Shown here one piece after another: positions 1 through 12,693 of a DNA stretch of 64,000 bases. Origin of the DNA: Callorhinchus milii (lineage: Eukaryota). The position numbers and the translations under genes were made by a program. Numbering within the stretch: the first letter of the stretch is position 1; every line of letters starts with the position of its first letter. The stretch covers positions 1-64,000 of the forward strand of contig NW_024704870.1 in the NCBI RefSeq assembly GCF_018977255.1. Direction: 5' to 3'. The notes under the pieces are model-generated. The model saw only the letters and a list, made by a program, of their open reading frames with translations, was not told the origin of the DNA and searched no databases.

Positions 1-530
1 CTGCTGGACAGCCAATGCCGAGTGCCACGGTGAGCCCGGCGGAGGATTCCCAGACTGGAGCAGAGGGAGGTTGTGGCAGGGTCAAGTGGGGATAGAAGAC
101 GAGAGGGACGGAGAGAGAGGAGGAGAGAGCGGGAGAGATGCAGAGGGGGGAGGGTTTGGGGGAGAGAGGAGGGGGGCGGGAGGGAGGTGGTGAGGGGGCT
201 CGGGTCAAAGCGGCAGCCATAGTGCGCACGCGGGGACCGGGAGCGAGCGGTCAGGTGGATGGCATTATCCCGCAGATTGGGGCATCGAACCCAACAGGAC
301 CATAGTGGGCTCTGATGTGAGCCCTGGGGGGGGGGGAGGCGCAGGGTTTTTTTTTTTTTGTGCACGCGCACGTACCTGAAAACTAATCTATGACGTCGCA
401 GATCCCCCGCTCCGTCCCCCCCCCCCCCCGTCCCCCCCCCACCCGGGGGCTGAATTCGCTCCGGCGTCGAGTTTAAGTACCTGGGTCAGTAGGCCCAGGC
501 TCCTCCCCGCGCTGTCCTGCCGCCGCTCCC
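1..530 (-). mobile_element. 5' terminal fragment of an L2-clade LINE
   Basis: Colinear similarity to 36400-36900, the 5' end of the near-full-length L2 (e.g. cagccatagtg...ggaccgggag..agcg.tcagg, and aggcccagg.tc.tccccgcgctgtcctgccgccgctccc at 491-530). Confidence 0.75.
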
Positions 531-1455
531 TCTGTAAGAGACACAGAGACACAGGCAGAGACACAGAGAGACAGACACTCAGAGAGAGACACAGAGACAG
601 AGAGACACAGAGACAGAGACACATAGACACAGAGACAGAGATACCGAGACAGAGACACAGAGACATAGAGACACAGACAAAGAGGCAGAGACACAAAGAG
701 ACAGAGATACACAGAATGAGACACAGAGAATGAGACACAGAGACACAGAGACAGACACATGTCCACATTCTCTCTCTCTCTCTCTCACACACACATACAG
801 TCTCTCTCTCACACACACATTCTCTCATTCTCTCTCACACACAGTCTCTCTCTATCTCACACACAGTATCTCTCACACACGCAGTCTATCTCTCTCACAC
901 ACACAAACTCTCTCTCTCTCTAACACACACATACACAGTCTCTCTCTCTATCTCTCTCACACACACAGTCTATTTCTGTCTCTCTCTCTCACACCCACAA
1001 TCACTCTGTCTCGCTCTCTCACACACAGTCTCTCTCTATCTGACACACACAGTCTCTCTCTCTCTCACACACACACTGTATCTCTCTCTCTCTCTCACAC
1101 AGTGTCTCTCTCCAACGCACACACACAATCTCTCTCTCACAAACACTGCCTCTCTCTCACAAACACAGTCTCTCTCTCACACACACTGTCTCACACTCTC
1201 ACACACAGTCTCTCTCTCTCACTCACACACACACACACAGTCTCTCTCTCTTCTCACACACAGAGTCTCTCACACACACACACACTGTCTCTCTGTCACA
1301 CACAAACACAATCTCTCACACACACACAGTCTCTCTCTTTCACACAGTCTCTCTCTCTCACACATTGAGTCTCTCTCTCTCACACACGCACACAGTCTCT
1401 CTCACAGACACACGCAATCTCTTTCTCACACACACAGTCTCTGTCTCACACAGAG

Positions 1456-1490
<35 letters not shown>

Positions 1491-3245
1491 GGCACACACA
1501 GTCTATCTCTCTGTCATACACAGTCTCTCTCTCTCACACACAGTCTCTCTCTGTTACTCACACACACACACAGTGTCTCACTCTCTTAGAAATACACAGT
1601 CTTTTTCTGTCTCTCGCTCTCACAAACACACAGTCTCTTTCTGTCTCTCGCTCTCACAAACACACAGTCTCTCTCTGTCTCTCACTCTCTTACAAACACA
1701 CAGTCTCTTTCTGTCTCTCGCTCTCACAAACAGACAGTCTTTTTCTGTCTCGCACGCACAGTCTCTCTCTCTGGCTCTCTCAGACACAGTCAGTCACACT
1801 CTATCACACCAAAGCACAGTCTCTCTCAGTCTCACACACACACCGCCTCTATCTATCTCTCTCACACACAATCTCTCCCTCACTCTCACGAACACAATCT
1901 CTCTGTATCTCTCTGACACACAGAGTCTATTTCTGTCTCTCTCACACACAGTCTCTCCCCTCAACCCCCACCCCCCAGCCCCCAACCCACACACGGTGTC
2001 TCTCTTCGCCTCTCACCACACAGTCTCTCTCTGTCTCTCTCACACTCACACACACAAAGTAACTCTCTGGCTCACATGTGCACAGTCTCTCTGTCTCTCA
2101 CAAACACACGTCTCTCTCTCTGTCACACACATACACACATACATACAAACACGGTCTCGCTCTCTCTGTCTCACAACGAGACTCACACCGTCTCTCTCTG
2201 TCTACACACACAATCTCTCTGTATATCACAGACACACAGTCTGTCTCTGTCTCTCACACACATCGTCTCTCACTCTATGTTTCGCCACAAGCAGTCTCTA
2301 TCTTTCTCTCTCTGTCTCACACACACACAGTCTCTCTCTGTCTCTCATACAAATTGTCCCTCTCTGCCTATTACACACAGACACTGTCTCTGTTTGTCTC
2401 TCTCGCTCTCTCTCTCTCTCCCACATACACATTCGATCTTTCTCTCTGTCTCATACACACATACACCCTCTGGCTCACTCATACACACTCTCTCTCTGTC
2501 TCTCACACATATACTGACTCTCTGTTTCTCTGTCATAAACACACACCCATTATGTATCTCGCATACCTACAGTCTCCTGTCTCTCACATACACAGTCTCT
2601 CTCTGTCTCCCACACACGTAGTCTTTCTCTTTCTCTCTCTCCCTCTCCCACACACAAACACGTATTCTAACTCTCTCGCTCTGTCTCACGCAGACAGACA
2701 CTCTCTGCCTCACTCACACACTGTCTCTCTCTGTCTCTCTCACATACACACAGTCTCTCTCTTTCTCATACATAGTCTTATTCGGTCTCTCGCAGAGAAA
2801 CACGGTCCTCCTCTGTCCTTTGCACACACATAAAGTCCCTCTCTTTCACACCCACACAGTCTCTCTCTGTCTACCTCTCACACACACAAGCAGTCTTTCT
2901 CTCTCACACTCATGCAGAGACAGCAGCTCTGTTTCTCACACAACAACAACAGCAACAACAAAATTGCACTGATTGATTGCACACATGTAGTCTCTCGCTG
3001 TCTCTCACTCACACAGTCTCTGTCACATACACACAGTCTACCTCTCTCATACACACAGTCTATCTGTGTGTCTCAGACACACAGTATCTCTCTGTCTCTC
3101 ACACGCACAAACTCTCTCTATCTCTCAAAAACACACACGGTCTCTTTCTGTGTCTCTCACACACAGTCTCTCTCGTTCTTTCTCTCTCACACACACACTC
3201 GCAGTCTCTCTCTCTCACACGCACACACAAACGGTCTCTCTCAGA
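531..3245. repeat. Compound (CA/CT/GA) microsatellite, low-complexity tract
   Basis: Degenerate acacagtctctctct-type units throughout. All ORFs here are S/L/H/T-rich artefacts. Confidence 0.95.
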
Positions 3246-3247
3246 TT

Positions 3248-3573
3248 GTGGAGTCCTGTAGCTCAGTGGTTAGAGCACTCGCTTTGCAAGCGAGAGACCT
3301 GAGTTCAATTCCAGGTAGAGGGCGAAACCTTGGGCAAGTTTCCTTACTCCACACAGAGCCTAATAATAGTCCATCCAAAACCAAAACCAAAAATAAATTG
3401 GTCATTTTCAATCTATGACTGTTTGTGGCACATTGCTGTGCGCATTTGGCTGCCGCGTTCGCCCACAATTATACAGTCGATTCACTTTACAGCGTGTTCC
3501 GTGAAGCGCTTTGGGACGTCCTCGCGAAGTGAAAAGCGCTATATCAAATGCAAGGATTATTATTATTATTATT
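3248..3573 (+). mobile_element. Young full-length tRNA(Ala)-derived Deu-domain SINE with L2-type 3' tail
   Basis: A box TAGCTCAGTGG, anticodon arm CTCGC-TTTGCAA-GCGAG, B box GAGTTCAATTCC, Deu core gctgtgcgcatttggctgccgcgttcgcc, tail gaagcgctttgggacgtcc...gcgctatatcaaatgcaagg(att)n. Confidence 0.9.
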
Positions 3574-3589
3574 TCATGTATTCAGGACT

Positions 3590-3945
3590 TCCCAAGGCAA
3601 TGAAAACTCAGGGATTTGGACCCGAGCTGGAGTTACGGATCCGGCCTGAAGGAGTGGAGGGAGGGTGGGAGAAGCCTTTGTCGAATAGGGGTGTTTTGAG
3701 ACACACCTTAAAGTATGATAGCGAGGATGCAAGGCGAAGTGATGTGGGAATGAGTTCCATAGGAAGGGGCAGAAAGGCAGATAGCGGCTACAGTGGAGCT
3801 GTCCAGTCGGGGGACGTGGAGTAAGCCAGAGACTGCCGAGCGGAGCAAGTAGACAGATTGTTGTGGGTTCAGCAGATAGCTGAGTTACGGAAGAGGAAGG
3901 CCGTGAATGGCCTTGAAGGCGTCAGCGAGGACTTTGAACTCTACA
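3590..3945 (-). mobile_element. L2 LINE 3' fragment
   Basis: Similar to 33540-33950, the C-terminal ORF2 and tail of the long L2. Confidence 0.6.
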
Positions 3946-4227
3946 TTCTGAAATCATGATGACATGTGGAAGAAACGTATTGTCTATTTGTCATTCAAAG
4001 GACTTTTAATCTTTGGGAATCAATTATTAACTGGCACGTCGTGCCGAAGTGAAGGAGGCTATACAAATATAAATTGTTTTGTATTATACAGCATAAGCGA
4101 TACATAAAACCAGTTGATTATGACATTCATGATAATAAATGCAAGGGTTATTATTTAGCTTAACTTCCCACTCTCTGAGATGGATATCAGGCTGTGCCAC
4201 TGTTAAGCAATCTGAAAAGAGTAAAGT

Positions 4228-4520
4228 TTCGAGGAAAGGTTGTTTAAACTTGGATTGTATTCCCTTCAGTTGAGAAGGTTGAAGGGTGATTTGATTGACG
4301 TATTTATAATGACCAAGAGACATGATAGCTTAGATAGATCAAAAACAAGCGGAAATAGTCTTAAAGTTAGAACTATGCCATGAAAGAGTGAAATCGGGAT
4401 GTATTATTTAACTTAAATGCTGAGAGAAATATAGAATTCTTTTCCCAAAAGACCGTGGATACCGGACTCACAACGTTCAGAGTGAGTATGACAGATATTT
4501 GGCAGGTCAGGTTTTTAGGT
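4228..4520 (+). mobile_element. CR1 LINE ORF2 C-terminal fragment
   Basis: Translates EERLFKLGLYSLQLRRLKGDLIDVF, the typical CR1 ORF2 C-terminal motif. Confidence 0.7.
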
Positions 4521-7500
4521 TTTAAGGATTATTATCAATATTATTTAAAAGCAGATTGGGTATTCGAACCAGTTAAATGTCAAAGGAAGTGAAGAGTCAA
4601 AATTTCTCTTCAGAAATTCTGCTGTTGAGTTCAGTTGTTTGCTCTCTTTTGCTGTTAAACTTGTGAACCCTATTTGCTGTGTGTTATGTGGTTTATGCTT
4701 GATAGCCTGTGACGCTGCTCAGCTTTCACAGCTACACATCAGCCTTTAACATTTGAAACTGTTTCCATTATGAACCCTTTCGATCCGTTTTCAGCTCAGC
4801 CTGTTTATCTCACCTGTTTTTCCATTTTCAGTTTCTCGCAGTTTGTCAGTTTTTAGTTTTACTATTTGTATTAATTTCCACTAAATAAATGACAAGCTGA
4901 AGTGATGTGGTGTCTGGTGATGCTCAACGGCAGAGTCAGGAGTTACGCATAGGTTTACGCTTAGGATACTGGTTACGATGAGGTTTGGGGATAAGGGGTA
5001 TGAATGTACCAGGCGGAAGCTGTGTACCAAGGAACGGGGGCTTCACATATATTGAGGTACTATATTAATCCTTACATTTGATGAAGCGCCTTAACATAGC
5101 ATTGAGATGTCTTATATCGCTTCACAATAAACACTTTAAGTGCACAGCAGTGTCACAATCACAACTGCGCACAAGTGTGCACAGCAGTGTCTCACAAAAT
5201 GTCGTGGATATAGTGAACAATTAAGCTTTACTATTGTTTACAACAGGATTTAGGTTTATTGGTTTACCAGGAGAACAGGCAGTACCAGTGGGCGTGGGTT
5301 TACCAGGGGAACGGGGCTTCACAAATATTGAGCATTATAATAATCCTTACATTTAGCAAACAGTGCCTTATCGCCTCTTCGAGACGTCTCAAAACCCTTG
5401 GGAGGATATAATTTTAAGTATAGTGAATGTATATTTTGTGGGCCTAACACGGCAGACAATTGCCAACCACAGTGTCTCACAAATAATCGTGGATTCGTTG
5501 ACCAAATTGCTATTATTGTTTTTATGTGAAGGTATTATTTCCCCCGGAAAGTGATCAGCCAATTGACTAACAAGGGAGATGCTCTTTGCTGCTAGGAAAA
5601 CAGAGGTGTGCTCGTGGAATAAGGAAACTTTACAGATGATTTGGCTGCCTGGGAATCGAACTCAGATCCTCTCACTTGCGACGTGAGTGCTCTAACTGCT
5701 GTTCTCCAGGACTGCATATTGACCTACAGTTGACTAGTTTCGCTCGCTCTCCTCACTAAAAAATGCGCGTTTGGTGAGCTGCCCTTCAGTTCTCTGATAT
5801 GAATACATATTATTCTTAATACTTCTCCGAAACACCTCGAAGACGTGATAGATCGGTAAAACAAAGCCTAGGATTTTTAAAATTATTATTATGATTATTA
5901 TTAATATAAAAGAAGATTTTAGATTCAAAACGATTCTTAGTGCAGAGAAATGAAGAGACAACATTTCTCTACATCAATTCGGATGTTGTGTTTAACTGTT
6001 TCATTTGCTTTTGTAGTTAATTGTTTGAGCCTTTTTTTGCAGGGAGGTTTGATTATTTTGTGCTTTATATCCGGTAACGCTTCTCAGCTAATATTAAAAA
6101 AGTATTTTAGCTATACAGCAGCCTTTGCCATTTAACATCATGTCCAATAATAAATACACATGAATTGAGCCTGCATGAAATCTAACACCTGGATAAATTC
6201 CGTTCTCTTTCCGCAATAGCACTGCAAGATCCCTAATATTTGGCCTGAACAAGGCATACACTGGTCCTCAGTTTATCATCTCATCTGAGAGGCTCAGAGA
6301 GACACAAAGAGAGAGAGAGATTGAAAGTATGAGTGGCACAGTATGTGTGTGTGTGTGTGAGATGGAGAGAGAGAGAGAGAGAGACTTGAAATGTGAGATA
6401 CTGAGAATGTGCGAGAGAAATGTGAAAGAGGCAGAATGAGAGTGTAAGAGACACAATGTGCGAGAAAGAGAAACTGAGAGTGTGAGAGAGTGGGGTTGTG
6501 AGTGTGTGTGTGTGAGAGAGAGAAGCTCAGAGGCAAAGTGACACAGCGAGATTTCTGAAAAAAAAAGACAGACTAACCGGCTTGGTTTGCTGCTGGTAGC
6601 CTGTGAAGCGTGCTTAGCTGATCTGAAGACGTGTTAATGGAAACGTTCGCGTATCTACATACAAAGAAACCACAGAGATCCGTTTATAGAGATCGGTTTC
6701 TTTACCACACCACCTTTTTTCCACTCTTAGGTTCTCGCAGTTCGTCTGTTTATAGTTTTTTCTCTTTGTGCTAATATTCTCCAGGAAAATGATAACCCGA
6801 GGTACGGTCTTGAGTCGTGAGTCTCAGCGTCAGTGTCAAGGGATAGGTATAGGTTTATGATTGTGGTCACGATTAGGTATAGGAATAAATGTTATGAATA
6901 TACCAGGGGAAAGGGATATAAGAGGACGAGGGATTTGTACTTGTGAGTGAGGGATTCACAAATATTGTGGTACTAAAATATTCGTTACAATTGATGCAGC
7001 GCCTTACCACAACTTCGAGACGTCTCTTAGCGCTCCACACTATATACTTTACCTGTAGTGACTGTATGTTTTGTGGATCAAATGCGGCAGACCACTGTGC
7101 ACTTCAGTATCCACAAAAAAACATGGATAGTGTGAGCAAATAATAATTATTATTTTGAGGAGGGCTTACGTTTCTGGATTTTCGAGTGGGCAGGGAAGTA
7201 CCAGGAGGAGTGCGTGTACCAAATAATGGGGCTTCACAAACATTTAGTATTATGATAATCTTTACATTGAGTAAAGTGCCTTTTCACATTTTCGAGAAGA
7301 CTCAATGCGCTTCACAGGATACACTTCAAAGTAAAGTGACTGTATATTCTGTGGGCAAAACTTGACAGAGAATTGCACACCACAGTGTCCCACAAACAAT
7401 TCTGAACTGATTGACCAATTTATTATTTTTGTCATTTTGTGAAGGAATTATTTCCCCTGAAGTAAACAACGCCGTGAGCGTGGAGCTCAGTAACTTGCCT

Positions 7501-10500
7501 AATGTTTTGCCTGCCTAAGAATCGAACCCAGGTCTTCTCGCTTGCGAGGTGAGTGCTCTAACCACGATTCTGCAAGACTCCATATTGGACTGCAGTTGAC
7601 TCGTTTCTCTCGCTCTCCTCACTAAAAAATGGGCGTTTCGTGCGCTGCCTTTGAGTTCCCTGATGTGAATGTATATTATTCATAATATTGCTCAGAAACA
7701 CCTCGAAGACGTGAGAGGTCGACATATTAAATGTAAGGATTATTATTACCATTATTATTAAAAAGCAAATTGGAGATTGACAAAGGTGTTCTGCCCAGAG
7801 AAAATAAGTGAAAACATTTCTATACATAAATTCTGATGTTGTGGTTAGCTGTCTACATTCCTTGGCAGCTAAAAATATGAGCCCATAATTACAGAGAGAT
7901 GCGTATGGTTATTGCATTACATCCGGTAACACTGTTCAATTAAAATTGGTTCAGCTGCGCATCAGCCTTTGGCGCTTGATACACTGTCCAATATTAACAC
8001 GTTCATATGCTTGAATTGAAGGTCTTTGGACTCTAACACATAAAAAAATCCCTGGTCTTTCGGCAATATTTGGACAGCGTGTTAAATGATCTGATGGTAT
8101 ATTGAGCGAAATGTAAGCATATCTATCTACAGGGAAGTCAGAAGGATCCTTTTGTCACAACTAAGCACCTTTGTGTCACTTCTCTTCCTACGCACAGCTG
8201 TACACAGTTTGTCAGTTGTTAGTTTTTCTCTTTGCCCTGATGTCCACCAAATAAACGCGAAGTTGGGGTGAGGGGGTGACGTGTGAAGCGCAGGGTTAGG
8301 TTCTGTGGTTAGGTTCTGGATTAAATTTAAGGGATAGGTCGGGTTCAGAGATATGGATGTATCAGGGGAAGGGTTGTGTCTGGGGGTGGGGTTGTACTAA
8401 GTGGAGGTCGCTTCACAATCACTGATTTATCATAATACTTCTTGAGTTTCATCAAATGGCTAATCGCGTCTTCGTGAAGTCTCAAAACGCTTCACATGAT
8501 ATACATTTAAATGTACAGACTGCATATTTTGTGCAAGATTCAAAGCTGTTTTCCGTTCGGAGAAATGAAGAGACAAAACTTCTCTGCACCAATTGTGGTG
8601 CGTTTGATTGTACTTCTTGCTCTTGCAGTTGAACGTTTGAGGCTTTTTGCTGCAAGGTCGATGTGGTTTGCGCTTTGTATCAGGTAGTACTGCAAAGCTA
8701 ACACCATGCCTATTATTAACCTTTACGTGCAGCTTAAATTGAGCTGATATGCATTCTAAAAGCATGAGATACTCACTTCTCGTTCCCCCAAAGCGTAGCG
8801 AGATCTTTAAAATCTGTTCTGAATATGGCACAAACCGAAACTAAAGTTGCCGTCTCAAGTGAGAGGAAGGGAGAAACATAGGGAGAGAGAGAGAGAGAGA
8901 GATACACTAAGAGTGAAAGAGTGAGGAAGAGAGAGAGGTGAGAGGAAAAAGTATTTTTGTGAAAATGAGCATATGAGAGACACAATAAGAAAGAGAGAGA
9001 AAGCGAGAGACAGAGTCGGTGGTGAGGTGTGTGAGGGGTTGGAGGGGAGGTGAGTGGGTGGGGCGAATGGGTGGTGGCGTAGAGGCGAGAGTGAGTGTGG
9101 CTGAGAGGGAAAGATAGACCCTGGGAGAGTTCAGAAAGAATGACAGAAGGTTTTCTTTGCTGTTGCTAACCCTGCAAAGCAGATTCTATGATTTGATGGT
9201 GTGGTAAAGTTAAGCACATCTACCCGCAGTGAAAATACAGAAATATTTTGTTACAGCTCAGCCTCTTTGCCTCCCCACTTTTGCCACTTTTAGCTACTCT
9301 CAGTTTGTCTGCTTTTAGCTTTTTTCTTTGTTTCCACCAAATAAACGAGAAGCGGATATGGGGTGATGTCTGTTGAGGTTCAGAGTTAGAAATTTTTTTT
9401 TTCAAACGCTTTACGGGATGTCTGGTTGAAAAAGGGGAATGGCTTTCACAATATTGAGATATTAAAATCGTCCTTACATTAGATAAAGACCTTTATCACC
9501 TTTCGAGACGTCTCAATGAGCTTGACAGGATGTAATATAAAGTGTAGTGACTGTATAAATTGTGGTCTAAATGCCGCATACAATTGCGCACAACACATTC
9601 CCACAAATAGTTGAGGATAGAGTGAACAAACAATTATTGTTATTATTTAGTGTAGGGGTGTTAGTATTTTACCAGGGTGAACGTGTGTAACAGGGGATTT
9701 GGGTGTAACCAGCGGAGGGGGCTGCACAAGCATTGAGATATTATAATAATTATTTTATCTGTTAACGTGCGTTTCACGTTTTCGAGACGCCTCAATGCGC
9801 TTCACAGCACACATTCTAAAGTGTAGTGACCATATATTTTGAGTTGTTTCGCTTGTTCTCCGTATTTAAAATAGACATTTCATGTGCTGCTTTTCAGTTC
9901 TCTGACGCAAACAGTATTTTGATTATTAATATGACTCTGCAACGCCTCGTAATGCGACATATCAAATGCAAGGATTAGTATTATTCAAACGCATATTAGA
10001 GATTCAAAGCGATTTCGGGTCCAGAGAAATAATGAGACAAAACTTCTCTACGTGAGCTCAGATTTTATGTTTGGTTGTTTTTCTTCCCCTCGCAATTAAA
10101 TAGTGGAACAAATTATGCAGCGGATTGATGTGGTTTGTGCTTTATATCCGGTTCCACTGCAAAGCTAATACCACAGCAGCGTTTCACATACATATCACCC
10201 TTTGTTGTTTCACACCATGTCTGATATCAACGTTTTCATACAGCTTGGTTTGAGTTGATATGGACTCTAACACAATGAGAAACTGCCTTCTCTTTCCCCC
10301 AAAGCGTAGCGAGATCTTTAACATCAGTCCTGAAAATGGCACAAAACTGGATCTAAACTCATCGTCTCATCTGATAGGTCCTTAGAAACAGAGGGAAAGA
10401 GAGAAAGAGAGAGAGAGTAGATTGTGTGTTTTCTGCACTACATCCGGTAAAGCTGCTCAGCTCACACAGCAACAGTGGCTCAGCGACACACCAGGCTTTG

Positions 10501-11964
10501 CCATTTGACACAATTTCCAATATTGAACCTTTCATACGTTTGAATTGAGTTTGTATTGACTGTAACACCAGGGGAACCTCTCTGCTCTTTCGGCAATATC
10601 GTCTCGGGTTGTTTAACATCTGTCCTGAATCCGGCACAAACTGCATTTCAATTTACCATCGCATATGAGAGGTCCAGACAGACAGAGAGAGAGAGAGATG
10701 TAGACACAGAGGGAGTGTGTGTTTGTATGTCTGTGTGTGTGAGAGAGCGCGCGCGAGTGAGAGAGAGAGTGATAGGCAGAGAATCTGAGAGGGAAAGAGT
10801 GTCACATAGAAACTTTAGAATGAATGACAGACAGACACATAGGCATTGTGTGCTCTTGGGGGGCACAGCGTGTTAAATGATTTGACGTCACGGTGAAGGA
10901 AATGCAAGAATACCTATCAAAAGGGGAAATAGAAAGATCCTTTATCATAGCTCCACCACGTTAACTCACTTTTGATCCATTTTCAGCTGCTCATGTGTTG
11001 TCTGTTTCTAGTTTTTTCTCTTTGTGTTAACTTCCACTAATTAAATGAGAAGCTGACGTGAGGGGTAACCAGTGAGGCTCAGGGTTAGGATCAGGGGTTA
11101 GGTTTACGGCTTACGTCAGGGTAATGGTTGTACAACGATGAAGGTCTGTACCAGGGGGAGAGGATCTACTTGGGGCAGTTAGCTTCACATACGTTGCGAT
11201 ATTATAATAACCCTTAAATTTAATAAGGTGACTTATCACCTCTTCGAGGTGTATCAAAACGCTTCAGAGGATATACTCTGAAGTGTATGGAATGTGTGTT
11301 TTGTTAGCCAAATGCGGCAGACAATTGCACAACGCAGAATCAAAGATATAGTCATGGATTGAGTGACCAAGTAATCATTATTATTATTTTTGCGAAAGGA
11401 TTATTTCCTTCAGAAAGCTATCGGCTAATTGTTTAGCAAGCGGGTTGCTACTTACAGCCAACAAAACAGAGACGTGTGTGTAGAATAAGAAAACTTAATT
11501 TATATATTGAGCTGCATGGAAATCGAACCCAGGTCCTTTTGCGAGGTGGGTGAGAACTCTAACCAGTGTTCTACAGGCCTCCATATTGGCCTATAGTTTA
11601 CTAATTTCGCACTTGCTCCTTATTGAAAATGGGCGTTTTCTGTGCTGCCTTTCATTTCTCCGACACAAATGCACTTTGATTCTTAATGTTTCTCTGAAAC
11701 GCCTCGAAGATTTGATACGGTACTTTATCAAATGTAAAGAGACGTCTCGTTACTGAAAAGCAGATTGGAGATTATAAGCGGTTTTCTGGCCTGCGAAATG
11801 AGGAGACAACATTTATCTACATCAATTCTAATGGTTCTAATAGTTTTTCTTCCTTTTGAAGATAATTTTTTTGAGCCCCCTTTGCCTTGAGTTTGATATT
11901 GCTTGCGCTTTATATCAGGTAGCCCTGCAAAGCTAAAACAACAGCAGTGGTTCATCTGCATCTT

Positions 11965-12148
11965 TCTCTTTGACCGTGCATTCAGCTCCCCTCTCGACTC
12001 TCTTCCTCATCCTCGCTCCCTCCCTTCCCTCCCCTCACCCTGACCATTTCCCCCCTGCCCGGGTCATGACCCAACTGTGCAGCGCCTTGGGACGTCCTCC
12101 TGACGTGAAAGGCGCTCTATAAATGGAAACTTGTTGTTGTTGTTGTTG
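11965..12148 (+). mobile_element. L2 3' tail fragment
   Basis: cagcgccttgggacgtcctcctgacgtgaaaggcgctctataaatggaaac(ttg)n tail. Confidence 0.8.
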
Positions 12149-12418
12149 CATATCAACCTTTGTTGCATGAAACCATGTCCAACATTAATTCTTTCCTACT
12201 GTCTGAATTGAGCTGGTATGGACTCTAGCCCACTGAGAAGCTCCTTTCTCTTTCCACAATAGCGATGCGAGATGTTTAGCATCTATCCTGAACACGGCAC
12301 AAATTATAATTCCATTTATCTTCTAATCTGAGTGTTCCAGAGAGAGAGATGGGGGGGAAATAGAGTGCGTGAAAGAGTTCGAGTGTGTGTAACTGAGAGC
12401 GAGCGAGCGAGAGAGAGA

Positions 12419-12477
<59 letters not shown>

Positions 12478-12547
12478 GGGGAGAGAGACTGAGAGTATGG
12501 AAGACACGATGTGTTTCTGAGAGTGAGTCTGTGAGATACACAGTGAG

Positions 12548-12693
12548 NNNNNNNNNNNNNNNNNNNNNNNNNNNNNNNNNNNNNNNNNNNNNNNNNNNNN
12601 NNNNNNNNNNNNNNNNNNNNNNNNNNNNNNNNNNNNNNNNNNNNNNNNNNNNNNNNNNNNNNNNNNNNNNNNNNNNNNNNNNNNNNNNNNNNN
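12548..12693. other. Assembly gap (146 N) next to a (GA)n tract
   Basis: Run of N. Confidence 1.

Noticed and set aside
388-3302. Many long ORFs (up to 314 aa)
   Set aside because: Translations of CA/CT microsatellite (S/L/H/T only); no domain content.
3250-3320. tRNA-Ala gene (also the heads at 18540-18605 and 54459-54540)
   Set aside because: No proper acceptor stem, and most copies continue into a Deu body and LINE tail; these are SINE heads.
5468-5474. CACAGTG heptamers in the 5-14 kb region as possible TCR J RSSs
   Set aside because: They lie within the Deu domain of SINEs and lack spaced nonamers and J coding sequence.
8771-8835. J-like minus-strand segment (LRFGGTR followed by GTGAGT)
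   Set aside because: Too short after the FG motif, no nonamer at 12 or 23 spacing, and the donor is not conserved in other array copies.
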